The translations under genes were made by a program, and so were the position numbers. Of a DNA stretch of 64,000 nucleotides, positions 1 through 7,646 are shown in pieces. A model generated the notes under the pieces. It had not been told where the DNA came from. It saw nothing but the letters and a program-made list of their open reading frames with translations, and made no database searches. This stretch comes from a virus (Duplodnaviria > Caudoviricetes): positions 1-64,000 of IMG/VR virus record IMGVR_UViG_3300043438_000518; one strand, given 5' to 3'. Position 1 is the stretch's first letter. Every line of letters begins with the position of its first letter.

Positions 1-1389
1 GATCCCTGTACACAAGAGCTTAAATTTATTAATGCTGACATGTCTAGTCCTATAGTAATTGCTTACTATGGACAGGTTAAAACATTCTCTTATACAGAAT
101 TACAAGACGGAACATTTGACAATTGGATAAATAGTGTATATTTGAAGTATAAAAATACATCACCCTGTCAAGGAGTTGGAGTAACTACTACTACAACTAC
201 CACAACAAATACGACTCTAAACATTGTAAGTAATGTAATGAACTTAGGGGCTATTTCAAATGTTGGTAGTGTAAATATAGATGTAGGATCTAGCACCTCT
301 TCAGGAACTAACGTAGGAACAACCAATAAAACAAATAATAATGACAGCAGAACTAATTCTCGGAATCGTACTAGTAACAGCTCTAGTAATTCTAATTCTT
401 CTAGCGGCTCGTCAGGAGAAACTGGAAGCAACAGCAGTGGAGGAAATCCACCAGAAAATCAAAGCGGGGATAACTCCGGATCCAACCCCAGTACCGGAAG
501 TGGTAGTGGCAGCGGAGAAGGTAATGGAGGAAGCAGTGGCTCCGGCTCCAGTGGAAGTTCCAGTGGAAGTAGTAGTGGAAGTTCCAACAGTAGCGGAAAT
601 GGTGGCGGCTCAGGAAGCGGAGGTAAAACCGAAGAAAAAACGCAAGTACAAGAAGAAAAACCCACAGACCAACAAGTAGAAGAAACTAAGACTGAGCAAC
701 AAAAGACTCAGTCTAGTGGTACTGCGAAAGCAGCCAATAAAGCTAAAGCCGAAGTTGCTAAGCCCGCAATATTAGTAACTGGTGATTTAGTTGGTATTCA
801 GACTAAGTCTGATGGAGCACAAGATGCAAGAGGTACTGCCTCCTTTACAAGAGTAAAAGGAGATGGTACTTCTTCTCTTGGGTTTTCAGCTGATTACATG
901 CTTAATGCTAGAATCGGTAATATCTCGTGCGTACGCTCGTGGATAGGAGCAAATAAAAAAGGCAACAAACACATTAGTGTTGTTTCAGATGGTCTAAGTC
1001 TGATGCCTAAATCAATATCAAACACACTCTTGTTTGTAAGAGTAAACTCAGTTAAGAACTTTACAGCACTTTACGGAGCAGCTGGAACCTATGGTAAGTT
1101 ATTTGGAGAAGAGATGATTTCTACAATTGCTATAGGTGGATTTATGTACAAGGGAAAACTTACTAAGAATATAGATGCTACAATTATTGCAGCAGGAATC
1201 TATTCTCCCTACTCTAAATATTATACAGAGTCTTTATTTGAAGCTAAGCCTATTGTAATTCCTTTCTTTAACTTTACCTACAAAATGACCAAGACTTTTG
1301 GCTTAGGTATTACTGGAGGAGGAACTTACGTAGCAGGACAAGATATCTTAAACTTTCAAATCTTAATGGGAGCTAAGTTACTGATATGA
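1..1389 (+). CDS. Secreted/outer-membrane-type protein (5'-truncated) with a Ser/Gly/Asn low-complexity linker and a beta-strand-rich C-terminal domain
   Basis: Frame is open from base 1 (DPCTQELKFINAD-MSSP), so the true start lies upstream. S/G/N/T-rich tract at about 290-730. The last ~200 aa alternate hydrophobic and polar residues like a beta-barrel. Confidence 0.55.
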   Translation, partial: DPCTQELKFINADMSSPIVIAYYGQVKTFSYTELQDGTFDNWINSVYLKYKNTSPCQGVGVTTTTTTTTNTTLNIVSNVMNLGAISNVGSVNIDVGSSTSSGTNVGTTNKTNNNDSRTNSRNRTSNSSSNSNSSSGSSGETGSNSSGGNPPENQSGDNSGSNPSTGSGSGSGEGNGGSSGSGSSGSSSGSSSGSSNSSGNGGGSGSGGKTEEKTQVQEEKPTDQQVEETKTEQQKTQSSGTAKAANKAKAEVAKPAILVTGDLVGIQTKSDGAQDARGTASFTRVKGDGTSSLGFSADYMLNARIGNISCVRSWIGANKKGNKHISVVSDGLSLMPKSISNTLLFVRVNSVKNFTALYGAAGTYGKLFGEEMISTIAIGGFMYKGKLTKNIDATIIAAGIYSPYSKYYTESLFEAKPIVIPFFNFTYKMTKTFGLGITGGGTYVAGQDILNFQILMGAKLLI

Positions 1390-2537
1390 GGTGGATCATT
1401 GTTTTACTCTTCTTTGTGAACCCACTGAGTGCACAATTCACTTACTCAGGATATATGTACAGTGCTAATGGAGGTGCTGCTATAAACGTTCCTGTGAAGC
1501 TTTATAAAAGAACAACAACTACTACAGGAAATAACTCTACTACAGTAAAGGTTTATAGAACTCATAATGGAACTGGTGCTACCACACAGTACTCTACTTA
1601 TCCTTCTACGAGATCAGAAATGGATAGGTGTTTTAACACAAGTTACTCTCACACTAGTTTGTGGTCAACAACTACAATGTCGGGTAACTCTTCTTTAAAT
1701 TTTGGAACTTATAGTACATTAACTTCTGCAGGTGCTAGTGTTCCTAGTAGTGGGGATTACTATGCTACAGAAGTAAGTTTTACTTTTACCCCTGCAGAAA
1801 CTGGCACTTATTCTTTTGGTATGACTTCTGATGATGGATCAGATCTTTGGCTAGTAAACACAGGAAGTATTATTGAATACTATGGAGGTAAAGGAGTAGG
1901 TACTTACAAATACGGCAGTGTGAGTTTAACCGCAGGTACTTCTTATACGTTTATTGCACGCATGCAAGAATACTCTGGCGGAGATGGATTATATCTTATC
2001 TGGAGAAGACCTTCTCAATCTGCACATTCTTATCAATCTTCTGAAGTAGGGACAGTAACTACTACAACCTCTTCTTGGACTTTAGATGCTACAGCGTATA
2101 CTAACTCTTCAGGATACTATGCTTTCTCTAGAACCACTACTGCAAGTACGCAATGGTATATACAAGTAGATGTACCTACAAGAATTCAGGCTTACACTAG
2201 CACAGATATTCAAACAGTATCTAATATTATCTTAGGTAAGTCTACAGTCAATGGATTATCTTATCACAGATTTGATGTTAATGATGACGGAAGATTAAAC
2301 ATTGCAGACAAGTATTACGTAGCTGCTAGGAAGTCAGGAAGATTTACTAGATGGAGGTTAGCCTCTGATGTAAGAATATTTACAGCTACTGAGTACAATA
2401 CAATCTCTTCTTCTACTGGTAATGTGCGTACTACATATCCAGGAATAACTACCTTCTCAACTTCTACTTTAACTAGTGGAGGAACCCTTAATCTATATTT
2501 AATAGCTCCTGGATACTCTGGAGCAGTAACTTACTAA
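1386..2537 (+). CDS. Secreted protein with a PA14 carbohydrate-binding domain and a dockerin/EF-hand-like repeat
   Basis: Signal peptide MRWIIVLLFFVNPLSAQ; PA14 motifs FTPAETGTYSFGMTSDDGSDLW and MQEYSGGDGLYLIW; dockerin-like FDVNDDGRLNIADKYYV. Confidence 0.7.
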   Translation: MRWIIVLLFFVNPLSAQFTYSGYMYSANGGAAINVPVKLYKRTTTTTGNNSTTVKVYRTHNGTGATTQYSTYPSTRSEMDRCFNTSYSHTSLWSTTTMSGNSSLNFGTYSTLTSAGASVPSSGDYYATEVSFTFTPAETGTYSFGMTSDDGSDLWLVNTGSIIEYYGGKGVGTYKYGSVSLTAGTSYTFIARMQEYSGGDGLYLIWRRPSQSAHSYQSSEVGTVTTTTSSWTLDATAYTNSSGYYAFSRTTTASTQWYIQVDVPTRIQAYTSTDIQTVSNIILGKSTVNGLSYHRFDVNDDGRLNIADKYYVAARKSGRFTRWRLASDVRIFTATEYNTISSSTGNVRTTYPGITTFSTSTLTSGGTLNLYLIAPGYSGAVTY

Positions 2538-2538
2538 C

Positions 2539-2985
2539 ATGAAAAAACTATTTATACTTTCTGCCCTAGTCACTATGATGACTTCTCTGAGTGCTCAATG
2601 CTACAAAGTTGACACTGTAACTTCAATTGCTTCTGTAACAGAGATAGGAGGAAGGCCTATCATCTTCGGAGCACAGACAACTCTAGAAGAGATCGCTTCT
2701 TCAAAGTACCAATTATGTAATGAGGGCAGTCCTATTTCAGGAGAAATCAAATCCATTGCTATGCCTGAACAACTCTTAAACATTGTAGGCTTACAGTTTC
2801 TTAAGCGTGAGTACATTGTAATTACACAGATCAATGTCAATGGAACTGTTGTAACAGGAGAAGCAAAGAAGATTGTCTATGTAAATGCAATGTTTGTTTC
2901 TGTAGAAGGGATTCCTCACAACAGAAAAGCTTACTCTAAGGCCTTGGAGAAGTCGTTTAAGAATGGATTTGAAAACTTGAAATAG
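2539..2985 (+). CDS. Small secreted hypothetical protein
   Basis: Signal peptide MKKLFILSALVTMMTSLSAQ; tightly coupled to the upstream gene. Confidence 0.6.
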   Translation: MKKLFILSALVTMMTSLSAQCYKVDTVTSIASVTEIGGRPIIFGAQTTLEEIASSKYQLCNEGSPISGEIKSIAMPEQLLNIVGLQFLKREYIVITQINVNGTVVTGEAKKIVYVNAMFVSVEGIPHNRKAYSKALEKSFKNGFENLK

Positions 2986-3059
2986 GATAATATCCTTCTC
3001 AAATGAGAAGTTGTCTATTTTGACTTTCTATTCTAACTTATATTACAGCAGTTTTTAAC

Positions 3060-3264
3060 CAAATAGCTCTCGGAGCTAAGTCTCTGTTCTGTCCACTTAT
3101 TGCCTACGGTCTATTAGTTGTAGGTCAGAGCACTGTAAACTTCGTAAGAACATTTCGACACTATCGGAGAAAACCAATTTCACCTCTGAGGGCTACTCTC
3201 ACAATCCGACTTCTAGCAGATTACTTTCTAATCCTCATCTGCGAACACTAAGAAGTGGTGTCAG
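3060..3264 (-). ncRNA. Candidate structured non-coding RNA
   Basis: Intergenic region with no ORF in the track. Nested helices GACAC/GUGUC, ACUUCU/AGAAGU, GCAGAU/AUCUGC, UCGGA/UCCGA, CUCUG/CAGAG, CCUAC/GUAGG. 3' hairpin UAGCUC-CGA-GAGCUA followed by UUUGGUU. TACATTTG (-7 box) immediately upstream. Confidence 0.45.
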
Positions 3265-3325
3265 TCTACAAATGTAATAGCATTTGTAGGTCAGAAGTCT
3301 GGTGTGTTGAAAATTTGTGGATTTT

Positions 3326-3598
3326 TTAGAGTCCTGCAGCCTGCTGACCCTTTAGATAGTCAGTCTGTTGCATTGGAGGATCATCGTCTACAAGAGAGTC
3401 CATAGCCATTTCTATGTATTCCCACAACATTTCTTCTGTGTATCTCTTTCTGTAGGTAAAGTCTTTGAAGCCTTCGTACAAAGCATTTTTAAATCCTTCT
3501 ATATCCCCTGCTATCTTAATCTCTTCGTCTTGCAAGGCTAACAGGAATATGTCAAACACTTCCTGAGCTGTGGGTCTTTTAATCTTTTCCATCGACAT
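3326..3598 (-). CDS. Hypothetical acidic protein
   Basis: ORF track gives 3326..3619, but the ATG at 3598 (MSMEKIK) is more likely because the promoter -7 box overlaps 3619-3626. Confidence 0.6.
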   Translation of the reverse strand: MSMEKIKRPTAQEVFDIFLLALQDEEIKIAGDIEGFKNALYEGFKDFTYRKRYTEEMLWEYIEMAMDSLVDDDPPMQQTDYLKGQQAAGL

Positions 3599-3618
3599 AG
3601 CAGTGTTTTTAGTTAACA

Positions 3619-3648
3619 CAAATATAAGTTTAAATCTTTTTTTGTCTA
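3619..3648 (-). promoter_or_regulatory. Bacteroidota-type promoter for the 3326..3598 gene
   Basis: Minus strand reads TAG-N19-TATATTTG, matching the TAnnTTTG -7 consensus. Confidence 0.55.
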
Positions 3649-3708
3649 TAGTGTTTGTCTAATACTTACAAACTAATAAAATAATTATCTAGATTAAAAT
3701 TTCTCTTA

Positions 3709-3737
3709 ACACGTGTAATATAAAATGTTACACGTGT
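3709..3737. promoter_or_regulatory. Inverted repeat between divergent promoters (operator candidate)
   Basis: ACACGTGTAA-N9-TTACACGTGT; each arm contains the palindrome ACACGTGT. Confidence 0.5.
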
Positions 3738-3757
3738 CTTTAGACTTAACATTTAAC

Positions 3758-3787
3758 TTGACTTTTTTTGCTATAATGGTATATTTG
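3758..3787 (+). promoter_or_regulatory. Bacteroidota sigma70-type promoter for the packaging/head operon
   Basis: TTG(AC)-N19-TATATTTG, 24 nt upstream of the ATG at 3812. Confidence 0.75.
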
Positions 3788-3811
3788 TTTAAGTAAAAAC
3801 AAACCAAACCA

Positions 3812-4168
3812 ATGAAAGTAGCACGTAGATATGAAGAAGGAGTCAAGTTACATCAAGCATATATTGATGTATTGCTTAGACTTGCAGGGTATAGATTGTC
3901 AGATCTATACACTAGTATATTAGCCCATAGTTCTTACTACGGTACTTTAGACAAGGAAGTAAAAGAAAGAATCGCAAGTGAGTTTAGCACATCAGTCCAA
4001 GTAATTTCTAACGGGATTACTAGACTAAGAAAAATGGGCATCTTAGAAAAAAACACAGTCAACAGAAGATTGTGTCCTACTAGCAAGCAAGACGTTACAC
4101 TCACTTTGATTCTTTCTACAGGAGAAACTAAAAAGGTAGAACCCCAGTTGGAAGCTGCACAAGCATGA
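3812..4168 (+). CDS. Putative winged-HTH DNA-binding protein
   Basis: KERIASEFSTSVQVISNGITRLRKMGILEK is a helix-turn-helix pattern. Confidence 0.55.
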   Translation: MKVARRYEEGVKLHQAYIDVLLRLAGYRLSDLYTSILAHSSYYGTLDKEVKERIASEFSTSVQVISNGITRLRKMGILEKNTVNRRLCPTSKQDVTLTLILSTGETKKVEPQLEAAQA

Positions 4169-4719
4169 GAACTGTAAAGGATAAATACGACAACATCGAA
4201 ATAAAAACCTATGCAGCTTACTCCGAGGTTGCTAAGGAAATGGATATGACTATAGACCAAGTAAGCACAGTCTACGAGTGGTATCTTAAAAAAACCATCG
4301 AAGAGATTAAAGAGCTACCCACAGTTAAAGTAAGATTGTCTGGATTAGGAGTTCTAGTATTTAATCCTAACAAGGCAATGAAGACTATAGCTACTAAACT
4401 TAAGTCTGAAACTTTGCTTACAGATTCTCCTAGAGAAGATCTTACAGCACTCAGAGGATATAATAACTACTACTTGCTAGAGAACTGGATTAAGTTATTT
4501 GAAGACAGATATGAAAGAGGAAAATCTAAAAAACTATACGCACCTGTAGTAGTTGATTACTTTGATAGAACTGTTATAACCTTAAAACAAAACCACAAAA
4601 AATTATATGAATCCTTACAAAGAGTATATGGCCCTGAGCCTGAAGGGTCTAAAGAATTTGAACAAAGTACTGGAGGGAGTGGCAACGAAGACAGCGAACC
4701 AATTCAAACTATTGAATAA
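4165..4719 (+). CDS. HU/IHF-like DNA-binding protein
   Basis: N-terminal EVAKEMDMTIDQVSTVY...VKVRLSGLGVL resembles the HU/IHF fold; such genes are typical of crAss-like phages. Confidence 0.6.
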   Translation: MRTVKDKYDNIEIKTYAAYSEVAKEMDMTIDQVSTVYEWYLKKTIEEIKELPTVKVRLSGLGVLVFNPNKAMKTIATKLKSETLLTDSPREDLTALRGYNNYYLLENWIKLFEDRYERGKSKKLYAPVVVDYFDRTVITLKQNHKKLYESLQRVYGPEPEGSKEFEQSTGGSGNEDSEPIQTIE

Positions 4720-4981
4720 TGAAAAACAGAACATTATCGCAGAGCGAATGGATATTTGTCTCAAGTGTCCCTACAATTCAACAAACGCAGTATCTTCCCC
4801 TGAGTACTTACAACTCACGGGCGAACACTACAGCACTACCAGGTCAGAACTACACTGTTCGTTTTGTGGGTGTATCTGCACCTTCAAAACAGCATCTCTA
4901 TCTTCGAATTGTGGAGTAGAGAGTTGGAACGCATCTAAACCAGATAAACAAATAGAACTATTATGGCACAAAGTAGAGTAA
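4607..4981 (+). CDS. Cys-rich Zn-finger-like protein
   Basis: RMDICLKCP...HCSFCGC...KT.S...CG...W. Confidence 0.65.
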   Translation: MNPYKEYMALSLKGLKNLNKVLEGVATKTANQFKLLNNEKQNIIAERMDICLKCPYNSTNAVSSPEYLQLTGEHYSTTRSELHCSFCGCICTFKTASLSSNCGVESWNASKPDKQIELLWHKVE

Positions 4982-5094
4982 AGAAACTCACAATCAAGAA
5001 TGGTTGTGACAAGAAACCAGGAAGTAAGTGTGGAGTACAGATTTACTTCTTGCCTGCTGACAAACCTTTAACACAGGTTTCTTCTAAAAAATAA
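4963..5094 (+). CDS. Small basic hypothetical protein (43 aa, not in the ORF track)
   Basis: MAQSRVKKLTIKNGCDKKPGSKCGVQIYFLPADKPLTQVSSKK fills the gap between 4981 and 5099. Confidence 0.45.
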   Translation: MAQSRVKKLTIKNGCDKKPGSKCGVQIYFLPADKPLTQVSSKK

Positions 5095-5098
5095 GATT

Positions 5099-5305
5099 AT
5101 GGAAAACCACCAAGCCCCTAGTCAACAACCCTACGTATCTAAGACTTTACAGGATAACTTATTCGAGACGTTTAAGATTTTCTGGAAAGCAGGATACTCG
5201 TACGGAAAGACTGGAAGAGATGAAGACTTCTATGCACGTGTTCTTGAAGACATCATGAACATGAACCAGTCAGACTTCTTAAAAAAATACAACAATGGCA
5301 ACTAA
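5099..5305 (+). CDS. Hypothetical protein
   Basis: Lies within the operon and overlaps the next start. Confidence 0.55.
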   Translation: MENHQAPSQQPYVSKTLQDNLFETFKIFWKAGYSYGKTGRDEDFYARVLEDIMNMNQSDFLKKYNNGN

Positions 5306-5612
5306 AAAACTATCCTATATATCAGCAGAACTTGAATGGGCAGAACAACGCTTAACTGAGTGGAGAGCATATATAGATAACAATCCTATCAATGGATTGA
5401 AAGACAGAATTGAATGGAAGCCTACAGCCAAAGGAGGAACAATGCCTATGGTTATTGCTAGCCAAGAATCACAAATCAAATCTCTTAGAGATACTATGAA
5501 AGAATACTTAGCTTTACTTGAAGTAGTAGATCGTCTTAGAGAGAAAGAAGAACAAAAAGCAGAAGCCCGTGGATCTCAAGAGATTAACGGTAAGATGAAA
5601 CAATTTAGTTAA
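5295..5612 (+). CDS. Putative terminase small subunit
   Basis: 105-aa helical protein coupled to TerL through a TAATG overlap; function assigned by position only. Confidence 0.45.
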   Translation: MATKKLSYISAELEWAEQRLTEWRAYIDNNPINGLKDRIEWKPTAKGGTMPMVIASQESQIKSLRDTMKEYLALLEVVDRLREKEEQKAEARGSQEINGKMKQFS

Positions 5613-7624
5613 TGATACATCCTAATCTAGATAGTCCAGAGTTCCTAATTAACGTAAGGAATTTCCCTGATACTGATTCAGAGGAATATACTGCGTTTTG
5701 GGAAAACGAGGATAAGAAGATTACAGAAGGTATTACTATTAATGGATTTTACTTTTCTCCTTTCATTTATTGGCATTTAAACTATTGGTCTATTTATATA
5801 GACACTATAGTAGGTAAGCGTCAAGTTCGTAAACTAGATAAACCTCAACTTTGGGACACCTACCTAGCTGTAGATGAAACCATTCACAAGGCAGAGAATC
5901 ACGAGGATGGAAAGAAAGGAGTTGTTATGGTAGGATCCAGACGTATCTCTAAGTCTGTTTTGACTTCTTCTTATATGGCTCACAAAGCCATTACACAGAA
6001 GGGTTCTGATAACTTGATATCTGCACTTAACCAACCTGACTTAAAAGTAATTACAGATTACGTAGACTTAGGTATTCGTAATCTTCCTGACTACTTTAGA
6101 TTTCCTCGTATTGAGGATGACTGGAAGAAGCAGGTTACTTTAGGTTTTAAAGATAAAAAGACCAATGCTCGTAATGAGTGGTCTAAATTTCACGTACGTA
6201 ACTTTGATGAAGGCAACAATACGGAAGCAGCTGCTGGTCTTACTCTGTCTTCTTTTCTTTTGGAAGAAGGAGGAAAGGGTAAGATTCTTAGTTGCTTAGC
6301 GGCAACTACTCCGTGTTTCGATAGTCCTTATGGATGGCGTTGTTCTCCATTTGTTATCGGAACTTCGGGAGACATGAGTAAAGCTGCTGACCTAGAAGAA
6401 TTATTTAATAACCCAGAAGCTTACAACTTCCTACCTGTAGAGGCAAACGAAACAGGTAAGAGTTATGGATTGTTTATTCCAGGAACTAAATCTCTAAAAG
6501 TACCAAAGGAAGAAAAATCCTTAGGACTTTATCTAGGCAAAGAAGAGGCTTCTGAGTTAGACTTAATTAAGATTTGGGTAGCAGACGAAGAGAAGGGTAA
6601 AGAACTTATCTTAAAGTCTAGAGAACAGATTAAAAAGTCTAGTGGATTAGAGACTTACTTAAAAGAAGTAATGTACTATCCTCTCACGCACGAGGAGTGT
6701 TTCTTAGAGTTATCTCAGAACATTTTCCCAGTAGATTTACTTCAAGAACAACTACAGAAGTTAACTGCCCAAGAGATTGTAGCAGACAACGTAGAACTCT
6801 ACATGTCAGCAGACGGAACAGTACGTCACAAGTTTACCGAGAAAAAGGCTGTTACGAACTTCCCTGTTAAACCAACAGATAATATTGAGGGTTGTGTACA
6901 GATTTGGGAATATCCTCTGTCAGAAGCCCCCTATGGACTTTATACAGCAGGAACGGATCCATACAAACAGTCACAGGCACATTACTCAACTTCTTTGGGG
7001 TCTACTTACATTTATAAGCGAGTACATAATCTTAACGGAGAAGGCTGGCAGAATATGGTAGTAGCTTGTTATACAGGTCGTCCTAAGAAGATTGAAACCT
7101 GGTACGATACTACTAAGATGCTTCTTAAGTATTACAATGCTAAGACTCTTTGTGAGAACATGGACTATGGTTTTATTCAGCACTGTGTAGATAAGCAAGA
7201 GTCTCCTAGAGTTTTAGAGAAGACACCTAAGTTTCTTAACGACATCCACCCTAACTCTACAGTTAATCGTGACTATGGAATTCACATGACCAAGGATATT
7301 AAAAACTATTTAATGTCGCTTATCATTGAGTACATCACAGAAGTAGTAGATATAGAAAGAGATGCAGATGGTAACACTATAAAAGAACGTCTAGGAGTTA
7401 CTAGAATCTTAGATCCTGTTCTAATTAAGGAATTAATTAAGTTCACACCTAAGTTAAACGTTGACCGAGTTATTTCATTTGGTCTTACTTTAGCTATGGC
7501 TAAGTCTTTAAACACTCAAGTAATTATTTCTGATGCAAGTCAGGATACTAGAATGCAAGCATACTTTAGAGAGAAGAAAGGTTCGTCTCTTTTTCGTACA
7601 ACTTCATCACCTTTTCGCTATTAA
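5612..7624 (+). CDS. terL: Terminase large subunit
   Basis: Walker A-like GSRRISKS, Walker B FLLEEGGK, nuclease motifs AGTDPY and VDRVIS; directly upstream of the portal. Confidence 0.93.
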   Translation: MIHPNLDSPEFLINVRNFPDTDSEEYTAFWENEDKKITEGITINGFYFSPFIYWHLNYWSIYIDTIVGKRQVRKLDKPQLWDTYLAVDETIHKAENHEDGKKGVVMVGSRRISKSVLTSSYMAHKAITQKGSDNLISALNQPDLKVITDYVDLGIRNLPDYFRFPRIEDDWKKQVTLGFKDKKTNARNEWSKFHVRNFDEGNNTEAAAGLTLSSFLLEEGGKGKILSCLAATTPCFDSPYGWRCSPFVIGTSGDMSKAADLEELFNNPEAYNFLPVEANETGKSYGLFIPGTKSLKVPKEEKSLGLYLGKEEASELDLIKIWVADEEKGKELILKSREQIKKSSGLETYLKEVMYYPLTHEECFLELSQNIFPVDLLQEQLQKLTAQEIVADNVELYMSADGTVRHKFTEKKAVTNFPVKPTDNIEGCVQIWEYPLSEAPYGLYTAGTDPYKQSQAHYSTSLGSTYIYKRVHNLNGEGWQNMVVACYTGRPKKIETWYDTTKMLLKYYNAKTLCENMDYGFIQHCVDKQESPRVLEKTPKFLNDIHPNSTVNRDYGIHMTKDIKNYLMSLIIEYITEVVDIERDADGNTIKERLGVTRILDPVLIKELIKFTPKLNVDRVISFGLTLAMAKSLNTQVIISDASQDTRMQAYFREKKGSSLFRTTSSPFRY

Positions 7625-7646
7625 CTAAAACTAAATAACAAATACA

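Noticed and set aside
168-679. Alternative-frame ORFs over the Ser/Gly tract
   Set aside because: By-products of low-complexity coding sequence.
3195-3250. Hammerhead ribozyme or tRNA in the structured intergenic region
   Set aside because: CAGAUGAG is not the CUGAUGA core and GAAA is not placed after stem II; there is no cloverleaf or T-loop.
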